From a virus, in the IMG/VR virus record IMGVR_UViG_3300018432_000001, positions 64,001 to 128,000 of that record: a DNA stretch of 64,000 nucleotides; one strand, given 5' to 3'. The position numbers were made by a program, and so were the translations under genes. Shown in pieces: positions 8,974-19,750 of the stretch; the first letter of the stretch is position 1; every line of letters begins with the position of its first letter. The notes beneath the pieces are model-generated. The model was not told the origin of the DNA. It saw nothing but the letters and a program-made list of their open reading frames with translations, and ran no database searches.

Positions 8974-10692
8974 ATGCCAGTAACCGTGAACACTGACCTG
9001 CCGCTTCACCCTGAACGCGATACCGCCTGGGATGGCGATGCCGCTCGTGCGGCAATGGCGCGCCGCTGCTCCTCTGAAGACGGCGTCATGGCCGACTGCA
9101 TGGGGCCGGGATTCGTATGGCGCGACGGCGAGGCCGACGCCTCCACCATCGGCGCCTATTCGCTGCCGGTCGCCGACGTGTTCTCCGGCGACCTCCATCT
9201 GGTCCTTTCCGGTGTGCAGGCGGCGGCCAACGCCATCTCCCCGGCCCGGGAACCCGGCGGACCGCGCGCCATGAGCGGCTCCGAATCGGAGCTGTCTTCC
9301 ATGCGCAGCGCTGTGGAGACCATCCTGCGCCGTTTCGCACGCGAATTCGACGACGACACCATCCGCGCCCCCTGGGAAGAAGAGCCCGAGTCCGAACGCG
9401 CCTCGGCCGCCGCGCCGGTGGCCGCCGCCGGATGCTGCGGCGGCTGCGGGTGCTCCGACACCAAGACCACTGACAACACCGAGGCCGAGCGGCCCGAACC
9501 GAAGCAGGAGGGGGAGGCTGCCATGTCCGACATCGCCAGCGTCCAGAACATCGAGTTGGGGCGTCCCCGCAGCCGCGTCATTCGCGCCTCGGCCACCGGC
9601 GGTGAATGGCGTCCGCCCGTCGACCACTTCGCCAACCCGCACCTGAACGAACCGACCAAGTTGACCGTCACCGCCGACGGCCGGGTCTACGGCCACCTCG
9701 CCACCTGGGACCAGCCGCACATCGGCTACGACGGCAAACTGGTCTACCCGCCGCGCAACCGCGACGGCGCATACGGCTACTTCCGCCAGTCGCAGGTCGT
9801 CACCGCCGACGGCTCTGTCGTCCCGGTCGGCATCCTCACCATGAACACCGGTCACGCCGACGAGTCGCTCTCGGCTGACGCCGCCGCCGCGCACTACGAC
9901 AACACCGGCACGATGATGGCCGCCTGCAACGTCGGCGAGGACTCGATCGGCATCTGGCTGGCCGGATCGATGCTGCCCGACGTGTCCCCGGAACTGCGCA
10001 ACCGCTTCAGCCTGGCGCGCGTCTCCGGCGACTGGCGCCAGCCCAAGCCCGGTGCGCCGCTGGAGCTCATCGCCGCCTTGTCGGTGCCCAACCCGGGATT
10101 CCCCGTGCGGCAGAACGCCGAGCTTCTGGCCTCTGACCGGCTGACGCTGGCCGCTTCGGGCCTGGTCAAAGCCGAAGCGGGCGAGATCCGCACCTTCATC
10201 TGCGCGGGCGCCAGCGTCGTCGACGAGGCCCAGCAGGCCGCGCTCACCGACGCCGTCCGCACCGCGATCGGCCCCGACTTCATCGGGCAGGTCAAGGACG
10301 CCGTCATCGAAGCGCTCAAGTCGCAGGCCGACCTCGCTGCGAAGGCACCGGAGCCTGTGGTTTCGGGTCCTCCAGAAGCACCGGCGCCCGAAAGCCCTGC
10401 CGAGCCTGCGGCCGAAGCGGCCACCGAGGCCCCTGCCGACGAAGAACTGCCCGGCCAGGACCCGCTTCCCATGCCCGACCCCGCTCCCGCCGAGGCCGCT
10501 CCGGCGGCCACCGACGCGGGCGGTGCCGGTGCACTTCCTGCCGTGGACTCTGCCGCCGCACCGGCACCGCCCGTCCCAGTCGAAGCCGCACAGGTCGCCG
10601 CCAGCGCCCTGGCCAAGCACCTGCTGCAGTACCGGTCGACCACGGCCCGGCAGAAGCTGCTCGCCGCTGCGGGTCGCGGAAAAAAAGCCTGA
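8974..10692 (+). CDS. capsid maturation protease (with Ala/Pro-rich scaffold-like tail)
   Basis: GHLATW..PHIG, TGHA, AAHYDNT, GEDSIGIW, SGDWR, LELIA.L.V..PGFP; position between portal and capsid. Confidence 0.8.
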   Translation: MPVTVNTDLPLHPERDTAWDGDAARAAMARRCSSEDGVMADCMGPGFVWRDGEADASTIGAYSLPVADVFSGDLHLVLSGVQAAANAISPAREPGGPRAMSGSESELSSMRSAVETILRRFAREFDDDTIRAPWEEEPESERASAAAPVAAAGCCGGCGCSDTKTTDNTEAERPEPKQEGEAAMSDIASVQNIELGRPRSRVIRASATGGEWRPPVDHFANPHLNEPTKLTVTADGRVYGHLATWDQPHIGYDGKLVYPPRNRDGAYGYFRQSQVVTADGSVVPVGILTMNTGHADESLSADAAAAHYDNTGTMMAACNVGEDSIGIWLAGSMLPDVSPELRNRFSLARVSGDWRQPKPGAPLELIAALSVPNPGFPVRQNAELLASDRLTLAASGLVKAEAGEIRTFICAGASVVDEAQQAALTDAVRTAIGPDFIGQVKDAVIEALKSQADLAAKAPEPVVSGPPEAPAPESPAEPAAEAATEAPADEELPGQDPLPMPDPAPAEAAPAATDAGGAGALPAVDSAAAPAPPVPVEAAQVAASALAKHLLQYRSTTARQKLLAAAGRGKKA

Positions 10693-10715
10693 CCGCCGCC
10701 CCACCGCCCAGCGCG

Positions 10716-11018
10716 GTGGGGTGGGTCGATCTCCCCGGTGAACGCAACTGGGTTGACCGATCCGGCGGTACCCAGTCGGACCTCAAGGCCGTCGCCTTGC
10801 ACCTGATGGCGAAGGGCATGTCGCAGTCGCATGCGATCGCCGTGGCCACGAACGTCATCCGGCGCTGGTGCCGGGGCGGTGCTTCCGGCAACCCCGGCGA
10901 CAACCTCAACTGGCCCGGCAGGCAGCAGGCCACGTTGAAAACTCGGGTCAAAGGGTGCAAAGCGGTTCTCGAATACAACGCCAAGCGAGCGCTGGCCAAG
11001 GCGCGCTCGGCCGCCTAG
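10716..11018 (+). CDS. conserved phage hypothetical protein (100 aa)
   Basis: NWV...GG....A.HL...G.S.S.AIA.A pattern seen in actinophage head modules. Confidence 0.6.
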   Translation: MGWVDLPGERNWVDRSGGTQSDLKAVALHLMAKGMSQSHAIAVATNVIRRWCRGGASGNPGDNLNWPGRQQATLKTRVKGCKAVLEYNAKRALAKARSAA

Positions 11019-11042
11019 CGGCACGAAAGAGGGGACGAAGTC

Positions 11043-11228
11043 GTGGGGTGTGGCTGTCAGAAGAACGCCGCCGGTGGTTGGAAGTCGAACCGGACGCGGT
11101 GGCAGGTCGTGACCCCTTCGGGTGCACGGGTGACGTATGGACGTCGTGAGGATGCGGTGCGGCATGCGCAGATCCACAATGGCACCGTCGAAGAGATTCG
11201 TCCCGGTATGACCCTTAAGAAGGCTTAG
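11043..11228 (+). CDS. small head-module protein (MGCGC...)
   Basis: GAGGGG RBS; CGC N-terminus typical of the small gene before cluster-B-type capsids. Confidence 0.65.
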   Translation: MGCGCQKNAAGGWKSNRTRWQVVTPSGARVTYGRREDAVRHAQIHNGTVEEIRPGMTLKKA

Positions 11229-11384
11229 TACACTTTCGCGAGCTAAATGTCTGATTTACCGTTTGCTGTGGTAATGTCCGTTTTATCCAGTGTCTGGGGT
11301 GTGGGTGACCAGGCACTGAACGGACCGCTGGCGTGAGGGCCGGGGACGACAGCGACGCGCCCACTCCACATCCGGAGATACGAC

Positions 11385-13136
11385 ATGACGCTCGACGAAC
11401 TCATCGAGGCGCTGAACGGTCTCGATGCCGAGGAGCGGCTCGCGCGAATCGAGCAGCTCGTCGGCGAAGTCTCTGAAGACGACCTGGCCGCCATCCGCGA
11501 CGCCGCCATCGAAGCCGCGCAGGCCTACATCGACGAAGTTCCCAGCGACGAGGCATCGATCGCCCGCGCTGAGGCCCTCGCCGTGATCCTCGACGCGATC
11601 GACCGGCGCACCGGCGATGCCGAGACCGCAACCGAAGCCACCGAAGCCGAGGAAGCCGACCTCGAAGCCACAGCCGCTCGTGCGGCCTCGGCCGAAGAGG
11701 TGGCCGAGCCCGCCCGCGAAGGCGAACTCGTCGCCGCTGATGGAGCTCCGCAGACCCAGAAGGCGAGTAATCAGATGCCGATCCCGCTGGCCCAGGCTGC
11801 CTCCGTCGCCCCGACGCAGGTGACCGCAGGCGAACGCACCGACCGTGTGAAACACACCGTCGTGGCCGCAGGCGATCTTCCCGACTATCGCGGGGGCACC
11901 GAGCTGCCGGACACCAAGGCGATCGCCGCCGCTGTCCAGGCCGGTATGACCGTCGTCTCCCGCTCCCAGGCCCCGGGCGTGCGCCAGGGCCTGTGCTCCA
12001 TCAAGCGCGAGGCACCCGACCACCTCAACTACACCGGAGCCAGCGACTGGCTCAAGGTCGACGAGGTCACCAACCAGAAGAACCTCCCGGGCAAGTCGCT
12101 CGTCGCCGCTGGCGGATGGTGCGCCCCCTCCGAGGTGCTTTACGACGTTTGTCCAATTCCTGTCTCTAGGGACGGAATGGTCGATTTGCCGACCATCACC
12201 GCGACGCGCGGCGGCGTCAAGTACTCGCGTCGGCCCGACTTCGCCCCGTTCTGGTCCCTTGTGGGCTTCGAACAGACGGAAACGGACGCTATCGCCGGAG
12301 TTGAGAAGCCTTGCTTCGAAATTCCGTGTCCTGATGATTTGTCCGAATGCCGGATGGACATCGAGGGCATCTGCCTCATCCAGCCGCTGCTCACCGAGCG
12401 CGGCTGGCCGGAGAAAGTCGAGGAATTCGTCGAGTACGCGATGCTTGCGCACGCGCACCGCATCAACGCCCGGCGCATCGAGCGCATGGTCGACATGGCC
12501 ACCTGGGCCATCACCGTTCCCGGCCCCGTCCGCAGTCCCGCCGACAACACGCTGCCCTCCACGGGCTACACCGTCGATGACCACGGCCCGGGTGCGTTCG
12601 AATCGCTTCTGAGCGTGCTCGAACTGCAGGTCGAGTTCTTCCGCTACTCCATGCGCCTGAGCCGCACCGCGCTGCTCGAAGGCATGGCGCCGTACTGGTT
12701 GCGGGGCCTGCTCCGTGCCGACATCTCCAAGAAATTGGGGATCGACAACCGCTGGGGCATCGCCACCGACGAGATCCTCGACCGGTGGTTCGCCGACCGA
12801 GGTGTCCGAATTCAGTGGGTTTACGACTGGCAGGACAGTATGTCCGAGCAGGACCCCGCTGCGTTCGGTGGTACGCCTCCGACCAAATGGCCGGAAGAGG
12901 TGTCGATCCTCCTGTGGGAGCCGGGCACGTACTTTGCCCTGCAGCAGGACGTCATCAACCTCACTGGGGTGTATGACCGAATCGACCTGCAGCGCAACAT
13001 CTACACCCGTCTGTTCACCGAAGAGGGATTCGCGGTGTGTGCCCGTTGCGGGCGTTCCATGCTCATCACCATTCCTCTGTGCCCGAACGGACTTTCCGGC
13101 TCGCAGGAGCTCACCGTCTGCTCGACGACCGCGTAA
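11385..13136 (+). CDS. major capsid (hexamer) protein
   Basis: Acidic N-terminal scaffold region, then LVAAGGWCAPSEVLYD, DLP.I...RGG, QWVYDWQ, LFTEEG. Confidence 0.88.
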   Translation: MTLDELIEALNGLDAEERLARIEQLVGEVSEDDLAAIRDAAIEAAQAYIDEVPSDEASIARAEALAVILDAIDRRTGDAETATEATEAEEADLEATAARAASAEEVAEPAREGELVAADGAPQTQKASNQMPIPLAQAASVAPTQVTAGERTDRVKHTVVAAGDLPDYRGGTELPDTKAIAAAVQAGMTVVSRSQAPGVRQGLCSIKREAPDHLNYTGASDWLKVDEVTNQKNLPGKSLVAAGGWCAPSEVLYDVCPIPVSRDGMVDLPTITATRGGVKYSRRPDFAPFWSLVGFEQTETDAIAGVEKPCFEIPCPDDLSECRMDIEGICLIQPLLTERGWPEKVEEFVEYAMLAHAHRINARRIERMVDMATWAITVPGPVRSPADNTLPSTGYTVDDHGPGAFESLLSVLELQVEFFRYSMRLSRTALLEGMAPYWLRGLLRADISKKLGIDNRWGIATDEILDRWFADRGVRIQWVYDWQDSMSEQDPAAFGGTPPTKWPEEVSILLWEPGTYFALQQDVINLTGVYDRIDLQRNIYTRLFTEEGFAVCARCGRSMLITIPLCPNGLSGSQELTVCSTTA

Positions 13137-13151
13137 GGAAGCCGTAACTCG

Positions 13152-14588
13152 ATGCTCAGGTTCCGAGTCGATCCGCCAGCTGTACGGCGCGCGCCGTACG
13201 GCCTGCTCGACGTGGCCGAGGTCGTCGAGCGCGACGACGCGCACTGGCGCACGGGCATCGAGTACGACACGTTCGCCTGCTCGACGGCGAAGTTGTGGGG
13301 GGCCTGGTGTACCGCCGCCGGTACACCAGCGACCCTCCCCGATGCCCGCACCATCGCGATCGCGCTCACCGGCCAGCTGACCGACGGGCGCTACTCGATG
13401 CTGGGCGCCGCCGGAGACAACGAAGGCCCCCGGCAGCTGTCGTTCACCTACTACGACGACGGCGTCCCCACCGAGACGGTGTACACCACGGGCACCGCGC
13501 CGGTGGAGATCGCCGCCGACGACGAGCCACTCAACGGGCACCTCGTCGTCACCGACATCCTCACCGGGCTCCATGTCGAATGGAACATCGTCCAGGACGC
13601 CACTACCGGCGCGATCACGAACCCGGGCGAAGACGCGATCCTGTTCCGCGTACCGCAGATGGCCATCCCCGAGGGGTGCGACTCCATCACCACGACCTTC
13701 ACGGCCGTGGATGCCGACCCCGGGGAGGGCGTCGCTTTCACGGTCACGTCGGTCGGGACCGGCGACCTGGGCGAGCGCGTAGTGATCATCGCCGGTCACC
13801 AGCTCGTCATCGCCGCCGGGGACGCCGAGGGGGCGCTGGTCATCGAGACCGGCGTCGGCGTGGGCACCTGGCCGATCTCGATCCGCGACGCCCTGTCCGG
13901 GTCGTTCGTGTCCGGGTGGATCTACATCGATGCGGCCCTCGACGGGACCGCTGTGCTGATTCAGGCCACGTGCCCGGTCAAGGAGATCCGCAGCGCTCCG
14001 TGGTCGACCTTGTTCGCTCCTGCGTGGACGATCTACTCCGAGGTCGAGTGCCAGTCGATGGCGTTCGATGACGCCGCCGAGGCGGCCAGCGACGTACTGG
14101 AGCTGGCGCAGCACAAGGCCATCGAAGCAGCGTGGTGGGATCTCGCGTTCGCTCGCGCCCGTTTCATCGGTGCGGGCCTCATGGTGACTGAAGCGATCGC
14201 GGAGCTGGAGCACTACATCGCGACCAACTACTCGGGGCTGGGCATGATCCACATCCCGGTGTACATGGCCGCGTGGATGGGGCTGGGCACCGAGGGCGCG
14301 TGGATCACCGTCGGCGCCGAGCAGGCGGACGGCGGGGAGCTGCGGACGACGCGCGGCACGCCGATCGTCATCGGTTCGGGATACCCGCGCACAGCGGGCG
14401 AAACCGGCACGGGCACCGCCATCATGGCGACCGGCGCCGTCCGGCTCTACATGTCCGGTGTGGAGGCCATTGAGACCTTTGACCGGCGCACCAACCTGCG
14501 TTCGGCCGTGGCGGAACGGACTATCGCCGCCGCTGACGACTGCCTGGAACCGGCGGTCGTCTATGTCGATCCGGCGGCTTCCCCATGA
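13152..14588 (+). CDS. major capsid pentamer protein with beta-rich insertion
   Basis: APYGLL, HW..G..Y at the N-terminus; LE......Y.G.G.IH, T..GTP.V.G.GY, AER at the C-terminus; ~230-aa internal insertion. Confidence 0.7.
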   Translation: MLRFRVDPPAVRRAPYGLLDVAEVVERDDAHWRTGIEYDTFACSTAKLWGAWCTAAGTPATLPDARTIAIALTGQLTDGRYSMLGAAGDNEGPRQLSFTYYDDGVPTETVYTTGTAPVEIAADDEPLNGHLVVTDILTGLHVEWNIVQDATTGAITNPGEDAILFRVPQMAIPEGCDSITTTFTAVDADPGEGVAFTVTSVGTGDLGERVVIIAGHQLVIAAGDAEGALVIETGVGVGTWPISIRDALSGSFVSGWIYIDAALDGTAVLIQATCPVKEIRSAPWSTLFAPAWTIYSEVECQSMAFDDAAEAASDVLELAQHKAIEAAWWDLAFARARFIGAGLMVTEAIAELEHYIATNYSGLGMIHIPVYMAAWMGLGTEGAWITVGAEQADGGELRTTRGTPIVIGSGYPRTAGETGTGTAIMATGAVRLYMSGVEAIETFDRRTNLRSAVAERTIAAADDCLEPAVVYVDPAASP

Positions 14589-14651
14589 CCATCGATGTCC
14601 GATTTATCCATGTAAGCACCGCTTTGACGGTGTTCAGCGGGGAGGGCCGAC

Positions 14652-16181
14652 ATGGCTGAGACTTCTACCGTCCGAGGCCGGATGGCCCGGTTCACGCGCC
14701 TGGACGACATGGGTCGTCCGCTGTACGGACCGGGCAACCAGGCCGTCACCAAGGGCATCATTTCGGTCACCTACACCCCGAACGTCACCGAAGGCGAAGC
14801 CACCTCGGTCACGAACTTCGCGGGCGAACAGTGCATCTCGGCCCCCGCGCCGTGCGCGACCATCGACAACTGGACCGTCGGCGTCGAATTCTGCGCCGTC
14901 GACCCTTGTGTCGTCCTGATGATCTACCCGTCCTGGATTCCGATTTATGACGATTTCGGGTCGATCAAGGGTTTCCAGATCGTCGGCGGCCTGTCGTGCG
15001 ACGTCGGTTTCGCCCTGGAGATCTGGGGCCAGATCGGATCGGCAGGGTCGGCCATCCAGTGCGGACCGGGCGCCGTCTCGGGCTCCACGTACTGGCTCGC
15101 GCCGCGCCTCGTGGGCGCCGCTCCCGGCGAAATCACGATCAGTAACGAAGCGACTTCATTCACGTTCAACGGGACCACCACGAGCCCCGTGGGTTGGCGC
15201 CGTGGCCCGTACCTGGTCGACATCGTCAACGGCGTGCCCTCGGTCCTGCGCGACCCGGTCGACTCGGCCGCGCAGCTCGTGGAGTTCACCACGCAGGTGC
15301 GTCCGCCCGAGCCCACCAACGGCTGCGTGGAGCTGCCGCGACCGGTCCCGGAGGAAGCGAGCGTCATCATCGACCGCGTTCCCACCGACGACACCGGCAT
15401 GTGCGCGCGCTTGATCATCGACAACCATGGATTTGGCCCGGTGACGGTGAACTGGGGCGACGGTTCGGACCCCGAGACCAGCGGCGACTGCTCGACCATC
15501 ACCCACTGCTACGCCACGCCGGGCACCTACACGGTGTGCGTCGCCGACCAGCAGACTCCGGCAATCTCGACCTGCCGCGACATCGTCGTGCCGATGCCTG
15601 CCGACCAGCCGACCATGACGCTGGCCGTCGACCCGACCGACGACATGTGTGTCATCGCCACCATCGACATGCCGCCGCAGTCCGATGGACGCGTCGAAGT
15701 CACCTGGGGCGACGACACTGCCGCGTCCACGGTCGAAATCACGCCGGGCACGCCAGTGGAAGTGCGCCACTGCTACGCCACGCCGGGCGTCTACACCGTC
15801 CGTGCCGTGCGCGTGGAGCAGCCGGACTACTACACCACCGCAACCGTCGTGGTGCCGGTCATCGCCAACCCCATGGTGTCGGCCGCCGTCGACGGCCAGG
15901 TGGTCACGCTGACCGTTGACAACAACGGCAACGGGCTGACCACTGTGGAGTGGGGCGACGGCACCACGACCTCCGGTCCGAACACGGACGGAGGCAACGT
16001 CCAGCACACCTACGCCGCCGACGGCACCTACTCGATCACGGTCACTTCGGTGTCCAACCCACTCTCGACCACCACGGTGCAGGTCACCATCGGTGCCGCT
16101 CCAGGCCTCCAGGCCGGAGTCGATGCCGATGAAGGCGATGTGTCGGGCATGACGGTCGAAGTCACCTGGAACAACGCCTAG
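14652..16181 (+). CDS. major tail protein with three C-terminal PKD/Ig-like domains
   Basis: R.TRLD..G.P, FC.VDP, GFALEIW tube domain; three W-G-D...H.Y...G.Y.V repeats. Confidence 0.82.
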   Translation: MAETSTVRGRMARFTRLDDMGRPLYGPGNQAVTKGIISVTYTPNVTEGEATSVTNFAGEQCISAPAPCATIDNWTVGVEFCAVDPCVVLMIYPSWIPIYDDFGSIKGFQIVGGLSCDVGFALEIWGQIGSAGSAIQCGPGAVSGSTYWLAPRLVGAAPGEITISNEATSFTFNGTTTSPVGWRRGPYLVDIVNGVPSVLRDPVDSAAQLVEFTTQVRPPEPTNGCVELPRPVPEEASVIIDRVPTDDTGMCARLIIDNHGFGPVTVNWGDGSDPETSGDCSTITHCYATPGTYTVCVADQQTPAISTCRDIVVPMPADQPTMTLAVDPTDDMCVIATIDMPPQSDGRVEVTWGDDTAASTVEITPGTPVEVRHCYATPGVYTVRAVRVEQPDYYTTATVVVPVIANPMVSAAVDGQVVTLTVDNNGNGLTTVEWGDGTTTSGPNTDGGNVQHTYAADGTYSITVTSVSNPLSTTTVQVTIGAAPGLQAGVDADEGDVSGMTVEVTWNNA

Positions 16182-16191
16182 GAGGGCTGCC

Positions 16192-17493
16192 ATGACCGTC
16201 ACCATTCAATGGGACGCCGATGCTCCATTGACGGCCCAGCCCGACGCGGGCACCGCAACGAAGGTGTACACGACTGCAGGGCCCGGAACCGTGACCATCA
16301 CCGACGAGGCCATCGGCGGTGACAGCGTCACGCTGGACTACACCGTGCCGCTGGAAATGACCACAGTGGTGCCGACTCCGAACACGGCCGATTCGGCCGG
16401 GACCGCCGAAGAGCGCACCATCTCGGTCGCTGGCGAGGGCTTCCCGGCCAGCATGGCGGGCACCGTGGCCATCGCCACGGGCGTGCCCGGCGCGTTCGGG
16501 ACCACGCTGGTGTCGACCTCGGCCACCACCAACACCGCCGGGATCTTCACCGACGTCGACGTGGTGGTGCCAAGCGATGCTGCCGCCGGTGACTACCACC
16601 TGGAAGTCAGCTTCGGGGCCATCGTGGACCTGTCGGCTGCGATCACGCTCACCAACACCGAGCTCGCTGCGCCGACGTCGCTCGCGTCGCCGTCGCAGAC
16701 CTCGACCACGGTCACCCTGACCTGGGCGGCAGTGACCGACGCCGAAACGTATGTGGTCCGTTCCTCGCCTGCAGGCGCTGGTACTTGGGTCGAGCGTGCC
16801 CCGGTGGCGGTTCTGACCGACACGGTCTCGGCGCTCACCGCGTTGACGAGCTACGACTTCCAGGTCAAGGCGCAGGCCACGGGCTCGACCGATTCGCCGT
16901 GGTCGACCACGCTCACGCAGTCCACGACCGCGCAGCCGGTGCTGGACGCACCGGCGAACCCATCGGCGGGCACGCCGACGACCACGACCATCCCGTTCTC
17001 CTGGGATGCGGTCACCGACGCCGAAACGTACACCGTCGAATGGCGGATCAGCCCGGCCGGAGCCTGGACCGCAATCGACAGCATCGCCACCACCAACACC
17101 ACGGTCAGCGGCCTGGACCCGAATACGACGTACGACCTGCGGGTCAAGGCCGTCGCTGATGGATTCACGGACTCTCCGTTCTCTGCAGTCGTCACCGAGT
17201 CCACCGATTCGCTGGGCACGTTGGCCGCTCCGACCGGTATCGCCAGCCCGTCGCAGACGGCCACGACGATCGACCTCACGTGGGACGCGGTTCCCAATGC
17301 CACCAGCTACGGCATCGAACGGTCGCCTGCGGGGGCCGGGACGTGGGTCGAAGTGCAGACCGCTGGGACGAACGCTGCGACGGTGACCGGCATGGTCGCC
17401 AGCACTTCATATGACTTCCGGATTTCGGCTCGCGCCGCCGGATGGGTCGACTCGGACTGGTCGGCCACGTTCACCCAAGCCACCACCGCTTAA
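16192..17493 (+). CDS. Ig-like plus 3x fibronectin type III virion protein
   Basis: Three L.AP......T.....W......Y......W.......L.....Y...V.A repeats. Confidence 0.85.
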   Translation: MTVTIQWDADAPLTAQPDAGTATKVYTTAGPGTVTITDEAIGGDSVTLDYTVPLEMTTVVPTPNTADSAGTAEERTISVAGEGFPASMAGTVAIATGVPGAFGTTLVSTSATTNTAGIFTDVDVVVPSDAAAGDYHLEVSFGAIVDLSAAITLTNTELAAPTSLASPSQTSTTVTLTWAAVTDAETYVVRSSPAGAGTWVERAPVAVLTDTVSALTALTSYDFQVKAQATGSTDSPWSTTLTQSTTAQPVLDAPANPSAGTPTTTTIPFSWDAVTDAETYTVEWRISPAGAWTAIDSIATTNTTVSGLDPNTTYDLRVKAVADGFTDSPFSAVVTESTDSLGTLAAPTGIASPSQTATTIDLTWDAVPNATSYGIERSPAGAGTWVEVQTAGTNAATVTGMVASTSYDFRISARAAGWVDSDWSATFTQATTA

Positions 17494-17511
17494 GCAGAGA
17501 GGAGAGCCGCT

Positions 17512-19737
17512 GTGCCTATCGTGTTGCAGCCTGTCGACCAGCTCGCGCACAACGAGCTGGCGCAGCGGCTCGCCTGCTGGGCCAAAGCCGAAGACGGCTT
17601 CACCGACAATGCCCTGATCTACCAGTCCTGCTGTGTCTCCCCCACCGGGCAGACGCTGGGCCGGTGGGTCGTTGACGAAGCGCTGTGCGCCGAGTACGGG
17701 CCGTTCGACTTCACCGCCAACGAAGGCGACGTTATTGTCTGCCCGACGCCGGGTTCGGCCGAGTACACCAACTACTACATCTACGACGACGACGTCCACG
17801 CTATCGACCCGAACACCTGCATCGAGCAGCTGCTCGCGGCGCCGACAGGCCTGAACTCGCCCACGCAGGGACCCACCACCGTGGACCTGGCGTGGGACGC
17901 CGTCCCTGACGCTCAGCGGTACGTCGTCCGCTGGTCTTTGGCTGGTCAGGACGACTGGACGGAGCTGGCGCCCACGTTCCTGCTGACCGCCGAGGTCACG
18001 GGCCTGACCGACGAAACGAGCTACGACTTCCAGGTGCAGGCGATCGCCGTGGGCTTCGTCGACTCGCCGTGGTCGGCCACGCTCACGCAGGCCACCACCT
18101 CGCTGGGGACGCTCGCAGCGCCTACGGGGCTCGCGACCCCATCGGCCACCGGTACCACCATCGACGTCACCTGGAACGCCGTCGACAACGCCACCGGGTA
18201 CACCGTGGAATGGTCGCCCACCGGCGCTGGAACGTGGACTCCGGCGACCACGGCCACGAACTCGTACACGATCACCGGTCTGACCTTGGACACGTCCTAC
18301 GACATCCGCGTCAAGGCGACCGCACCGGGCTGGACCGACTCGCCGTATTCGGCCCAGATCATCGGCTCTACCGAGGCGCAGCTCGCCACTCCGGCGGGGC
18401 TCGCGTCGCCCTCGCAGACCGGCCTGACCGTGAACCTCACGTGGTCGGCGGTCACCGACGCCAACGAGTACGTCGTGCGCTGGTCTCCGGCCGGTGCGGG
18501 CACCTGGACTGAACTGGCGCCAGTAGGCATCACTAGCGCGACGGTGTCCGGTTTGACCGCCTCTACCAGTTACGACTTCCAGGTCAAGGCCCAGGCCGAG
18601 GACTTCGTCGACTCCGCGTGGAGCACCACGCTGACCCAGTCCACGGCGGCTGTCCTGGCGACGCCGGTACTGACGAGCCCATCGCAGACGGACACCACGG
18701 TCGCTTTGACCTGGGGTGCAGTGCCGAATGCGACGTCGTACACCGTGCAGTGGTCGCTGGCGCCGTCCGGTTCCTGGAACGCCATGCCGGACGTGTCGGG
18801 TACCGGGCAGACCGTCACGGGCCTGACCGCTGCCACGTCCTACCGGTTCCGGGTGCTGGCGCACGCTGCCGGTTGGACCGACTCCGCGTGGTCGGCCGAG
18901 CTGACTCAGGCGACCGATGCCGCCCTGGCAGCGCCGACCGGGGTGAACAGCCCATCGCAGACCGCCTCGACGATTGACGTCGCATGGACTGCCGTGGCGG
19001 GCGCGGACGGGTACACCGTCGAATGGTCCCCGGCGGGTGCGGGCACGTGGACGCCTGCGACGAACGCGGACACCACATACACGATCATCGGGCTCGCGGC
19101 CGACACCGCCTACGACATCCGCATCAAGGCCACCGCGACCGGGTTTGCCGACTCGGCGTACTCGACGGTGCTCACGCAGTCGACGCTGGAAGTGCAGCTC
19201 GCTGCACCGACCGGGTTCGCGAGCCCCTCGCAGACCGACACGAGCATCAACACGTCCTGGGACGCCGTTGACGACGCCGAGTCCTACGTCGTGGAGTGGT
19301 CCCCGGCGGGTGCAGGCACGTGGACCCCGGTCCCCGCTGCCACGACTACCCAGGAGATCACGGGTCTCTCAGCCGCCACCAACTACGACCTTCGGGTCAA
19401 GGCGATCGCAGACGACCACATCGACTCGACCTACGCAACGCTCACGCAGGAAACGCATGGGCCGCTGCTCGCGCCGACCGGTCTCGCCAGTCCCTCCCAG
19501 ACGTCGACCACGGTCGACCTCACCTGGAACGCGGCCATCAACGCCGATTTCTACGTCGTGCGCTGGTCGCCTGCGGGGGCCGGGACCTGGACTGAGGAAC
19601 CGCAGGTGTCGGGGACCTCGGACACCGTCTCGGGGTTGACGGCCTCGACTTCATATGACTTCCAAGTCAAAACCATTGCGGACGGTTTCGCCGACTCTGG
19701 CTGGTCCGGCTCGCTTACCCAGTCAACTACCGCCTAG
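17512..19737 (+). CDS. 7x fibronectin type III virion protein
   Basis: ~100-aa Cys-containing N-domain followed by seven FN3 repeats. Confidence 0.85.
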   Translation: MPIVLQPVDQLAHNELAQRLACWAKAEDGFTDNALIYQSCCVSPTGQTLGRWVVDEALCAEYGPFDFTANEGDVIVCPTPGSAEYTNYYIYDDDVHAIDPNTCIEQLLAAPTGLNSPTQGPTTVDLAWDAVPDAQRYVVRWSLAGQDDWTELAPTFLLTAEVTGLTDETSYDFQVQAIAVGFVDSPWSATLTQATTSLGTLAAPTGLATPSATGTTIDVTWNAVDNATGYTVEWSPTGAGTWTPATTATNSYTITGLTLDTSYDIRVKATAPGWTDSPYSAQIIGSTEAQLATPAGLASPSQTGLTVNLTWSAVTDANEYVVRWSPAGAGTWTELAPVGITSATVSGLTASTSYDFQVKAQAEDFVDSAWSTTLTQSTAAVLATPVLTSPSQTDTTVALTWGAVPNATSYTVQWSLAPSGSWNAMPDVSGTGQTVTGLTAATSYRFRVLAHAAGWTDSAWSAELTQATDAALAAPTGVNSPSQTASTIDVAWTAVAGADGYTVEWSPAGAGTWTPATNADTTYTIIGLAADTAYDIRIKATATGFADSAYSTVLTQSTLEVQLAAPTGFASPSQTDTSINTSWDAVDDAESYVVEWSPAGAGTWTPVPAATTTQEITGLSAATNYDLRVKAIADDHIDSTYATLTQETHGPLLAPTGLASPSQTSTTVDLTWNAAINADFYVVRWSPAGAGTWTEEPQVSGTSDTVSGLTASTSYDFQVKTIADGFADSGWSGSLTQSTTA

Positions 19738-19750
19738 TTAGGAGATAGCC

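Noticed and set aside
11283-14252. Long antisense ORFs (989 aa here; also 8941-10704, 28767-30791, 49617-51245)
   Set aside because: Shadow ORFs of real GC-rich genes; low-complexity, no motifs
16179-16192. Stop-codon readthrough fusing the major tail protein to the FN3 protein
   Set aside because: The 10-nt gap puts the genes in different frames and the second gene has its own GGAGG RBS; a frameshift cannot be fully excluded
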